The notes beneath the pieces are model-generated. The model did no database searches. It worked only from the letters and a program-made list of their open reading frames with translations, and was not told where the DNA came from. Position numbers and translations under genes: made by a program. Positions 16,192 to 23,714 of a DNA stretch of 24,004 nt are shown in pieces; positions within the stretch are counted from its first letter, which is position 1; every line of letters starts with the position of its first letter. The stretch is from a virus (Duplodnaviria; Caudoviricetes): positions 1-24,004 of IMG/VR virus record IMGVR_UViG_3300005758_000174; one strand, written 5' to 3'.

Positions 16192-16711
16192 AGTCTACCA
16201 ACGAAATCATCTTTACACCGGTTTCACGAATCTTGTCACTGCCACCGAGGAACTTCAAGTCAATGACACAAGCATAATAGATATCTTCTGGATTGACTCC
16301 GAGACGAATCAATAATTGAATGATTGCTAGAGCCGTGCCACCTGAGGCATTAACATCATCGATGATGCCGACCTTACTACCGAACCCGATATCGGTGTCA
16401 CCCTTAATTTCAAGAGTTCCACTAGCATACTCGTATTCATAATCTTGACTGATAATCGGGGGCGGAAGCTTGCCTGGCTTACGAATCATATGAAAGGGAA
16501 GTTTAAGTTCAGCAGCAACAGGTGCTCCCCAGATGAATCCTCGTGCGTCAGGGGCAGCAATACAATTTACATTGTTTTCTGCCATAAAGTTCTTGAACTG
16601 ATCTAATGTCCAGCGAAAGTCGCCGGGCTTAGTCAGAACCTTACTAAGGTCTTTGAAGTTTACGCCTTCAACTGGCCAATCTTGAATTTCAACAATAGAT
16701 TCTTTAAGCAT
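16181..16711 (-). CDS. apt: Adenine phosphoribosyltransferase
   Basis: DWP.EGVNFKDL, DARGFIWG, RKPGKLP, EY and the PRPP loop IIDDVNASGGT. Confidence 0.92.
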   Translation of the reverse strand: MLKESIVEIQDWPVEGVNFKDLSKVLTKPGDFRWTLDQFKNFMAENNVNCIAAPDARGFIWGAPVAAELKLPFHMIRKPGKLPPPIISQDYEYEYASGTLEIKGDTDIGFGSKVGIIDDVNASGGTALAIIQLLIRLGVNPEDIYYACVIDLKFLGGSDKIRETGVKMISLVDYDS

Positions 16712-17279
16712 TTTGTTCCTTTAAAAGATTCATATGAACTACAACCAACTGAGCATATGCTACAGCATGGCTTCGTTTAAAGCTGTAACCAGTGTGATCT
16801 TTGTCCCACACAGTTTCGTTAATTTCTTTCCAAGATTTGCCAATCAGATATCGCTTTGCCGGACGAATAGCAGCGAGAAACATTGCCAATCTAGGAATAC
16901 TATCGATGGGTTCGGGCATACGCTGAATAAGATCATATGAATTGCCCAAGTGAATTAGTTGTTCGACTATACTACGTTTTTTAAGCATGGACCAATCTGG
17001 TTCAGCCATCAATTCTATCAAATGTTCTTCACTCTTAACCTGGTTATAGATGTGAACATTAAGTAAGTCTAATTTAAAATATCCGCGTTCTTCCGCATCC
17101 GCATAATGAAGGGAAGACATTTTGTTTACTGGATCGTATGGAATGTCAGTGATATACACCCCGGTCGGATGTTTACGTGCTGGATCAACATTTCGCATAC
17201 TCGCAGGAATATGCTTGATGACCGCTAACAGTTTGTCGCGGTCACCTAAGTCAATGTCGATATCACTGTCAATTCGCAT
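16704..17279 (-). CDS. Miniature DNA polymerase III alpha (DnaE/C-family) catalytic-core protein, 191 aa
   Basis: SDIDID, KHPTGVY, GYFKLDLL, LAAIRP and GYSFKRSHAVAY occur in DnaE order. Confidence 0.85.
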   Translation of the reverse strand: MRIDSDIDIDLGDRDKLLAVIKHIPASMRNVDPARKHPTGVYITDIPYDPVNKMSSLHYADAEERGYFKLDLLNVHIYNQVKSEEHLIELMAEPDWSMLKKRSIVEQLIHLGNSYDLIQRMPEPIDSIPRLAMFLAAIRPAKRYLIGKSWKEINETVWDKDHTGYSFKRSHAVAYAQLVVVHMNLLKEQNA

Positions 17280-17499
17280 TTTTCTTTTTCTTATTCAGTA
17301 ACGTTACTGGCTGTTCCATCCTAGGCAATCCGCAATCAGCACAATGGCATGCTGCGTAGAATCTAGGACCATATCCATCATAGCCTGTCTCAACTATTTC
17401 AAAACTAGTCCAGCGATGCCAACCAAAGCGACATTTAAGAGGCTGAATGGGCTTCAACCCCTGTAACGTTCGCCATGTGTTTTCTTTTTCTACATTCAT
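17269..17499 (-). CDS. Small Zn-binding protein, 76 aa (C-x-F-G-x-H-x-W...CxxCG, DUF1660-like)
   Basis: CRFGWHRW...CHCADCG; overlaps on both sides. Confidence 0.65.
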   Translation of the reverse strand: MNVEKENTWRTLQGLKPIQPLKCRFGWHRWTSFEIVETGYDGYGPRFYAACHCADCGLPRMEQPVTLLNKKKKNAN

Positions 17500-18050
17500 C
17501 GAATGTGAGTCATGCCTGCTTGAATAAGCTTCTGATAAGCTTTCTGTACAACAATAGCCTGACGCTCGGCGTCCTCTACTGCCTTGTGGCTCGTAATGTG
17601 TCCCCCGTCTTTCAGAGATACGCCAGCAAGGTCATAGATGGTCCGACAGTCGCGGACGTTCCAGAACTGCCAAGGATACTTCATATCAAGATCACGGAAT
17701 GCAGATTCAGCAATCACGATATCGAATCCACTACCGTTACTCCAAACCTTATCATGACGGTTCCAGCAGAACTGATAAAGCTTTTCCATTGCTTCACGAT
17801 AGCTAATGCGATCACGATCACCCATAGCTTCTTCAATAGCTTCTGGGCTTTGCTCACCCCACCAGCGAAGTGTATCATCGCTGATAGTGCGATTGTAAAG
17901 ATCAGTCTGTTCTTCCATAGTTGGACGAAGCTCAAGCTTCTCAATTACGCCGACCCCGCGAGGGTCGAAACGAACAGCACCGATTGTAAGGATAACAGTG
18001 GAAACGTCGGTACTGAGTGTTTCCATATCGATCATAATATGATTAGCCAT
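17496..18050 (-). CDS. DEDDh 3'-5' exonuclease (Rv2179c-like/phage exonuclease)
   Basis: HIMIDMETL (ExoI), WSNGSGFD (ExoII), RDCRT and HKAVEDA (ExoIII). Confidence 0.88.
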   Translation of the reverse strand: MANHIMIDMETLSTDVSTVILTIGAVRFDPRGVGVIEKLELRPTMEEQTDLYNRTISDDTLRWWGEQSPEAIEEAMGDRDRISYREAMEKLYQFCWNRHDKVWSNGSGFDIVIAESAFRDLDMKYPWQFWNVRDCRTIYDLAGVSLKDGGHITSHKAVEDAERQAIVVQKAYQKLIQAGMTHIR

Positions 18051-18738
18051 TAGAACTCCAAATATTGTCTATCTTTTTCACATCTTCCATTATATCACCG
18101 TTTAGGTAATTAAGCAAGAGCATAGGTCGTGGATTGGGCGAAAAATTGGGCATACTAGAATGAAGCAATCTACAGTTGTACATCAATACACTACCTTTTG
18201 GCATATATTTCTGTTCGCAAAAGTCATAAAAGTATTTGTTATACGCCCCGTTATAACACAAGTCGATATCCCAATCGGGTTCATGACTATGTGGCACAAA
18301 TCCAGTTGCCCCTTGTTCTGGACTTGTATCTTGTAATGACACAATACACTGTACGCCCAATAATCTAGTATCCATGTTCCACTGTTTGAATCGATGAGGG
18401 GTGTCAACATGAGGATTAACCCACTTGCTGTCACCGTTAATAGTTACAATGTCGCTGGCATACCAAACTGCGTTGTTAAGTTCTTTGTTTACCCTAGTAA
18501 TTAGAAAGTCATTGATTAGTTTAACTTCTGACCAATCCATAACCATTTGACTCCACCAAACGCTAATATCAGGTAAGTCTTTAATCTTTTCACGCTCTGC
18601 GTATGTTTTTCCAGAACTACTAGCACGTACAGGATATAAAGTGTTTAGCTTACTATTGATTCCATCAATCAAGTCATCAGGGATGACATTCTCAAAGAAT
18701 AGATATCCTTCTCCATCTGTTAAGTCTGTGTATTCCAC
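18043..18738 (-). CDS. Fe(II)/2-oxoglutarate dioxygenase, PhyH family
   Basis: GY.FFENVIP, PHVD (HxD), GATGFVPHSH, KGSVLMYNCRLLHSS (distal His) and a downstream R. Confidence 0.85.
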   Translation of the reverse strand: MEYTDLTDGEGYLFFENVIPDDLIDGINSKLNTLYPVRASSSGKTYAEREKIKDLPDISVWWSQMVMDWSEVKLINDFLITRVNKELNNAVWYASDIVTINGDSKWVNPHVDTPHRFKQWNMDTRLLGVQCIVSLQDTSPEQGATGFVPHSHEPDWDIDLCYNGAYNKYFYDFCEQKYMPKGSVLMYNCRLLHSSMPNFSPNPRPMLLLNYLNGDIMEDVKKIDNIWSSNG

Positions 18739-20009
18739 AATTTCTCCAATTCTTCATGTAATTCAGGAATGTAATCTTTGATGTTTCTGTTTCTAAATTT
18801 ATCAGAGCTATTAATAAAATGCTGTAGTTTAGTCAGGTCGTATGTATTATGAATCTGCGGTTCCTTTAGCCATTCGATAGCTAGCTTGATAGAATTGATC
18901 ATGCCTTCATTAACATGATCCATGGGATTTTCTTTTCGATAATCTTCTATCTTTCTGAGCAGACTTTCTCCTTTAACTATGCCGTTGTTTCTGTACTCAG
19001 GGGACAAGTATCCTACCATAGCATAGCTAGGATGTGTCACGTAATTAACAAAGACTGAACCATGCGTAGCTAATGTCTGGCCCTCACCGACCGAATATTG
19101 AGTAGAAAGATCAAACCAATATTCAAAAAGATCAAAACATTGTATAGCGTTATAGAGACTGACTGTACAACTCAGTCCGGCAGTGAACTCAGTTCCTGTT
19201 GCCCCGATTGAATTCTGTACCCGCTCAAACAAACTGCGTAGGGTAGAGTCTACCTTAGCCCATTTGAATGGATATCTAATATATTCGTTTACTTTTTCAT
19301 AGCCATCAATAGAAACAGCAACATGAACTGATTTAAAATTCTTCCAAAGACTCAGTAGCTCGTCGGTTATTCCAGTTAGATTAGTCACATAACTAATCTT
19401 CATGTCTTTGCTTTTGCCTAAATCAACCAACTGCTGTAGATAATTTAAATGTTCTTCTGAAATTGTAGGCTCACCGCCAACAAAGCTAACCCTAACTACA
19501 TTGGGAAAGGTATTGATTAATTCAGTTGTTTTATCATCATCAATGTTAACTCGTTTAGCAACTGAAAAATTAGTGTTCCATATGTAGTTGTGTTCTTTTT
19601 CCCAAAAGTCACTGGCTGATGGGTTACAGGTCATACACTTACTATTACATTTCGTTGAAAACGTAGTATCTAAGTAATATACATTTTCCGGATGTAACAC
19701 TTCTGTTACAGGAATATCGTAATCCGCAAGCTCTCTATTCCAGATAGTTCTCATTGATTCGAAGCCGTTTTCCTCAGCCTCACTACAATTCTTACACACA
19801 TCCGGATATATACCGTCGCTTAGCTCTTTGCGTAGTCTACGCAATCCAGAGTTATTAGCATTATCAATTATGCTACTATATTCAGTTCCATCACGGTACT
19901 CGCTATCCCACTCGTTCATTCTAACATTACAGCAGGGGATATATCTACCGGAAGCATTGATACAAACTGATCCAAATGCCTGGGTACAAAAGATAGGTTT
20001 ATCTACCAT
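18720..20009 (-). CDS. Radical SAM enzyme with N-terminal twitch/SPASM-like Fe-S domain
   Basis: CNSKCMTC (CxxxCxxC), GGEPT, YVTN and SIDG; N-terminal C...PCC...CKNC. Start set at ATG 20009 (MVDKPIFC). Confidence 0.9.
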   Translation of the reverse strand: MVDKPIFCTQAFGSVCINASGRYIPCCNVRMNEWDSEYRDGTEYSSIIDNANNSGLRRLRKELSDGIYPDVCKNCSEAEENGFESMRTIWNRELADYDIPVTEVLHPENVYYLDTTFSTKCNSKCMTCNPSASDFWEKEHNYIWNTNFSVAKRVNIDDDKTTELINTFPNVVRVSFVGGEPTISEEHLNYLQQLVDLGKSKDMKISYVTNLTGITDELLSLWKNFKSVHVAVSIDGYEKVNEYIRYPFKWAKVDSTLRSLFERVQNSIGATGTEFTAGLSCTVSLYNAIQCFDLFEYWFDLSTQYSVGEGQTLATHGSVFVNYVTHPSYAMVGYLSPEYRNNGIVKGESLLRKIEDYRKENPMDHVNEGMINSIKLAIEWLKEPQIHNTYDLTKLQHFINSSDKFRNRNIKDYIPELHEELEKLWNTQT

Positions 20010-20350
20010 TTTAATAACAGCCAAGTTTTTTCTTCGTCACTTTTCAAGTAAATTCTATACTGACTGTTATTTAGATCGGTATGCCAAGTCCAGTGATTAT
20101 TAAGTGTTACATCTGATAACCCATTAGCTACACTAGGACGCAACTTTAGCCACAAATCTCTTTCACATGACAATCCCCATGTTTCAGAACATAAGCAGCG
20201 CAACGCAAAGAAGCCAAGATAACTGAACTTATCAGGTCTAAACGGTCTTACTGATTTTTCAGTTACAGTTACGTAATATTTGAACTCACTATGCCCACGG
20301 TGACGCTTATCTAACTTCGTGAATTTAAGAGTTAGATTCTCAGTGTTCAT
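20003..20350 (-). CDS. Small-protein paralogue array member 8 (115 aa)
   Basis: C-terminus YRIYLKSDEEKTWLLLKW. Confidence 0.75.
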   Translation of the reverse strand: MNTENLTLKFTKLDKRHRGHSEFKYYVTVTEKSVRPFRPDKFSYLGFFALRCLCSETWGLSCERDLWLKLRPSVANGLSDVTLNNHWTWHTDLNNSQYRIYLKSDEEKTWLLLKW

Positions 20351-20640
20351 TCACAAAGTTTCCAAAATAGATAAGTCTTTTCGTCCATGAGAATGTATCC
20401 ACTAACCTTATACCAGGAGCCATTCATTTTTGGTTCCCCATATCTTTCTCGGCACCATTTTTCCATTTCGCTACCGCCATATGCGTTATGGTCTTTAGGA
20501 AGAATACGAATGAAGGTTTTTTCTACCCACTGATCGTTTATCCAGACCTTCTTTTTGGTCTTAAGAAAATCATTAGGGCCAACATCAACTATTTCATAAG
20601 TTCCTTCGTAGGGAGCTAACCCCATCTTAGCTTGAACCAT
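20347..20640 (-). CDS. Small-protein paralogue array member 7 (start 20640 or 20625)
   Basis: KWCRERYG...ILMDEKTYLFWKLCE. Confidence 0.75.
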   Translation of the reverse strand: MVQAKMGLAPYEGTYEIVDVGPNDFLKTKKKVWINDQWVEKTFIRILPKDHNAYGGSEMEKWCRERYGEPKMNGSWYKVSGYILMDEKTYLFWKLCE

Positions 20641-20873
20641 AAATAATCCTTCTCATATCTAAACTTGTACTTCAAATAGTTACCAGCATAAAACCATCTA
20701 CAATGTTTATGATAACCATGTATGTTTTCTTCAATCCAAATCAACGTCTCAGTGTATCTAATAACAGTTTCAGCAGGATCTTGAATATGTAATATTACTT
20801 CATACCAACCTGGGTTAGTGCCGTCCCAACCCTTACGTCTATCATAGTATACTGTGATATCGTTTATTCCCAC
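20616..20873 (-). CDS. Small-protein paralogue array member 6 (85 aa)
   Basis: WIEENIHG...YKFRYEKDYLWFKLRWG. Confidence 0.75.
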   Translation of the reverse strand: MGINDITVYYDRRKGWDGTNPGWYEVILHIQDPAETVIRYTETLIWIEENIHGYHKHCRWFYAGNYLKYKFRYEKDYLWFKLRWG

Positions 20874-21280
20874 GTTAACCTAAACCAAACGTAATCACTT
20901 TCTTCTTTGAAAGCAAAGAACATAATATCTCCGCCGCCAATACTGTTTAATTCGTAGTTACCTTGACCGTCCCAAAAGCCGCGATGCCAATCATTGCGCC
21001 ACTTACCTTTGCAATTCTTTTCGCACCATTCCATCATTTGTTCACATTGATCATGGTAAGGATGAACACCATGAAAACCATAGTCGCGCAAGCCTTCTGG
21101 ATCTAATGGATAGATATGGTTATAGCCGTGGTAGAAGGTATGGGCCCAACGTGCCATGGGTCCAATATCAGGATCGTATCTGCGCTCATATTCTTTCCAA
21201 GTCTTGCAGCCGTGAGCCTTTAAGAACCTACGTTCATTGTGGTCCTTGTAACGTTGTTTAAGTTGTTCTATCAGTCCCAT
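20864..21280 (-). CDS. Small-protein paralogue array member 5 (138 aa)
   Basis: EWCEKNCKG...FAFKEESDYVWFRLTWE. Confidence 0.8.
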   Translation of the reverse strand: MGLIEQLKQRYKDHNERRFLKAHGCKTWKEYERRYDPDIGPMARWAHTFYHGYNHIYPLDPEGLRDYGFHGVHPYHDQCEQMMEWCEKNCKGKWRNDWHRGFWDGQGNYELNSIGGGDIMFFAFKEESDYVWFRLTWE

Positions 21281-21462
21281 CTTAACAAAAACGCCAATCT
21301 GTCTTCTTCACTTTTAAACTCTAATATCATTCCTGTAAGCTTCCAACCCGGAACACATTTGTCAGCCCATGCTTCAATTTCTTCGCCGTGTTCAATGTAA
21401 TACTTCCAGTCTTTGACTATGACTATCGGCGTCATAAACTTAGCACCACATATGAACTTCAT
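21271..21462 (-). CDS. Small-protein paralogue array member 4 (start ATG 21462 or 21435)
   Basis: AWADKCVPG...LEFKSEEDRLAFLLRWD. Confidence 0.75.
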   Translation of the reverse strand: MKFICGAKFMTPIVIVKDWKYYIEHGEEIEAWADKCVPGWKLTGMILEFKSEEDRLAFLLRWD

Positions 21463-21653
21463 GACCAATACAACTTAAACCACATAGCATCTTGTTCTTC
21501 GCCAAAATAAAATTCATAGACGGTATCTATTGTATTTGACACATCTGTAACATCTGTGATCGTTCGATACGAAAAAGACTTACAGTTTTGTATGGCCCAC
21601 TGTTCCCTATCATTACAATCACAGATATCAGAAAACCTTATCGTGTATGTCAC
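21459..21653 (-). CDS. Small-protein paralogue array member 3 (64 aa)
   Basis: QWAIQNCKS...FYFGEEQDAMWFKLYWS. Confidence 0.75.
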   Translation of the reverse strand: MTYTIRFSDICDCNDREQWAIQNCKSFSYRTITDVTDVSNTIDTVYEFYFGEEQDAMWFKLYWS

Positions 21654-21868
21654 CGATACCTCAACAAGAAAATTGTATACTTGTGTTCATCGATTACTTC
21701 AAATGCTTTGTCCTGCCAATCGATCAAGCGCAAACCATATTCTGGTTCTGATATCTGATTACAATATTCATTTGAAATGCCAATCTGTCTATAGTCATAG
21801 GCTTTATCGATCAACTGATCGGTCCATGTATCAAACAGTTTAGCATCCATATGAAAGTACTTGTTCAT
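21650..21868 (-). CDS. Small-protein paralogue array member 2 (72 aa)
   Basis: C-terminus AFEVIDEHKYTIFLLRYR. Confidence 0.7.
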   Translation of the reverse strand: MNKYFHMDAKLFDTWTDQLIDKAYDYRQIGISNEYCNQISEPEYGLRLIDWQDKAFEVIDEHKYTIFLLRYR

Positions 21869-22113
21869 AAATATCCCAAGATAAACGCAGTTGCCTCAGT
21901 TGGTTTATCAAAGATGAAGTCATAGTCCCAACGCTTCTTATAATGAAGCATATCTTCCCAAGTGTACCCTGCACCATGTCGAACTTTAATATGATAACTC
22001 ATATTACGCTCACGGCACCAACCAAACGCTTCGGTAGTATTGATTACGCCCTGCACTCTAACGCAATATTTTTGTCCACGACGAACTAACTTGTGTTTAG
22101 TAACCTGCTGCAT
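21865..22113 (-). CDS. Small-protein paralogue array member 1 (82 aa)
   Basis: GWCRERN...FIFDKPTEATAFILGYL. Confidence 0.7.
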   Translation of the reverse strand: MQQVTKHKLVRRGQKYCVRVQGVINTTEAFGWCRERNMSYHIKVRHGAGYTWEDMLHYKKRWDYDFIFDKPTEATAFILGYL

Positions 22114-22828
22114 TCAATAGTTCCTTAACCTGACTGACAATTTCTGGATAACGCTTGAATCTGATAGCCCACTGTTCGGGATTGATATAGTCAATGATCA
22201 TCTTTTGCTGGCTCTCATCTAGGTTCTCTAAGAACTCAATACCGCTTTCACTCTGATAAAGCATCCAAGGACTAATCTTACCGTTAGTGATTGCGTATGC
22301 TAGTCTGTTTCTGTTAGCATATCGCAAGCAGTCCTTTGTTTCGATACCGGCGTCCTTAGCAAGATCAATCGTTGTTTCAATGCTACGAGCAATTGCGTCC
22401 ATGGCATCTTCTGTCTTAAGATAATCAATCAGAAACTTTGTGTAGTTAGTATCACTACACCAGTTATCAATTTTGATTTGATTTTTTAGTAGCCAATCAG
22501 CATACCGCGTGACATTGATACACTTGATTTCTACACAATAATGACCGAACTTGACAAAGGCAATGTAGTATGCGCTCTTTGTAAAGTCGGTGTATGTCTT
22601 CTTTTTCTTAGTGCCGGTGTTCTTAGCATAGAAGTTGAGCCAAGCTTGAAAGCCAATGCGATTACCGGGCTGATCTTTGTCTTGCCATCTACGCTTGTTT
22701 TCGCATAGGTGCTTGATCATCGTAGTTTCACGCTGGAAACTACGACCACAAAACTCACAAGAAAAATCGCTCTTAGTTTCCGAGGTCTTTTTCGTAGTCT
22801 TCAATGTCTTTATCTGTAATAAGCTCAC
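22097..22828 (-). CDS. Zn-finger (C2H2/C2HC-like) protein, about 240 aa; start uncertain
   Basis: FSCEFCGRSFQRETTMIKHLC near the N-terminus, followed by a helical domain. Confidence 0.75.
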   Translation of the reverse strand: MSLLQIKTLKTTKKTSETKSDFSCEFCGRSFQRETTMIKHLCENKRRWQDKDQPGNRIGFQAWLNFYAKNTGTKKKKTYTDFTKSAYYIAFVKFGHYCVEIKCINVTRYADWLLKNQIKIDNWCSDTNYTKFLIDYLKTEDAMDAIARSIETTIDLAKDAGIETKDCLRYANRNRLAYAITNGKISPWMLYQSESGIEFLENLDESQQKMIIDYINPEQWAIRFKRYPEIVSQVKELLNAAGY

Positions 22829-23360
22829 TTAACAACTCTATTTCATCAAACTTTAATTCTGGGAATTTATCAGCAAGATACATCTTTTTGCGATGATTGT
22901 CAATAAAAACATCGGTGATAGCATTCAAGTCACTGTCACTTGATTTAGGATACACTTTCTTGAAGTAATCCTTAATCTCTTTTGACTTGGGCTTCTCTTT
23001 TAACTTAGTTACACGCTCACGGATATGCGGAATCCATTGATGAAACTGCTTACCAATACCAGGACTAGCAGCACACAACATCAACCATTGAAGCTTAGGA
23101 TTCTTCTGTACAAACTCATTGAACAGATATTTGTTAGCATGATATTCGGTGCTTTGTAGATAATAGCTTTGTAGATCACCGCTACCCTTAATAGCACTGA
23201 CCCAATGAATCAACATGAATGGCACGAACTTCTTTTGCTGTTCGGGAGTCAACCTATCATAATACGAATAGTCCTTGCGATCAATAGCCGCAAGCGCCTC
23301 AAAAAGATCAAATTCAATCTTTTCAAACTTTTCGTCTTGTGATAGTTTTTCTTTAGCCAT
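22773..23360 (-). CDS. Putative clamp-loader small subunit (T4 gp62-like)
   Basis: Size (195 aa) and pattern KKFVPFML..W.S...AN..LF.....P.LQW.ML.......QFH.WI are reminiscent of gp62-family proteins. Recognised by eye only. Confidence 0.45.
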   Translation of the reverse strand: MAKEKLSQDEKFEKIEFDLFEALAAIDRKDYSYYDRLTPEQQKKFVPFMLIHWVSAIKGSGDLQSYYLQSTEYHANKYLFNEFVQKNPKLQWLMLCAASPGIGKQFHQWIPHIRERVTKLKEKPKSKEIKDYFKKVYPKSSDSDLNAITDVFIDNHRKKMYLADKFPELKFDEIELLSELITDKDIEDYEKDLGN

Positions 23361-23361
23361 T

Positions 23362-23523
23362 CTACGCCTCGTAGCTGTTATTGTTTGGATCCATGTCTCG
23401 GTACTTCAAGTACAATTCATAGATATAATCTATGTGATTATCCGGCGAACCCAACTCAATAGCAGCTTGGTGGTGCATAAACAACGCTGCCGTAATCACT
23501 TCTCGTTCTTTAGTATCCATCAT
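23362..23523 (-). CDS. Hypothetical protein, 53 aa (MMDTKEREVITAALFMHHQAAIELGSPDNHIDYIYELYLKYRDMDPNNNSYEA)
   Basis: Below the ORF-track cutoff. It fills the gap exactly, with an ATGA overlap upstream and its stop 1 nt before the next ATG. Confidence 0.7.
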   Translation of the reverse strand: MMDTKEREVITAALFMHHQAAIELGSPDNHIDYIYELYLKYRDMDPNNNSYEA

Positions 23524-23714
23524 GCCTTCAACTCATAATAAGGAAATTGTTGCTGCATTCCTGGACTATTCGGTGATACAAACTCATAAACAGATTCCAA
23601 TTGTTCGCGGGTCCAATGATATCTGTCTAGATTTACTTTGTCGGTATCTACAAGCTTAATTATGCGGAGACCTTCAGGGGTCTTACACATTACAAAAGGA
23701 TGGTCCGTAGTCAT
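23520..23714 (-). CDS. Hypothetical protein, 64 aa
   Basis: TAATG coupling upstream and ATGA downstream. Confidence 0.65.
   Translation of the reverse strand: MTTDHPFVMCKTPEGLRIIKLVDTDKVNLDRYHWTREQLESVYEFVSPNSPGMQQQFPYYELKA

Noticed and set aside
16704-17279. Interpretation of the mini-DnaE as a pseudogene or split-intein fragment
   Set aside because: No frameshift remnants or DnaE sequence are evident in the flanking genes, there are no intein terminal motifs, catalytic motifs are intact, and the gene is tightly coupled on both sides.
17475-18053. 192-aa plus-strand ORF
   Set aside because: It lies almost exactly antisense to the well-supported DEDDh exonuclease and has no recognisable features.
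20003-22113. Possibility that the short ORFs are one long gene broken by stop-codon recoding
   Set aside because: Successive ORFs are in different frames, end with TAA, TAG or TGA, and each has its own copy of the terminal motif; conserved enzymes in the window are intact in the standard code.
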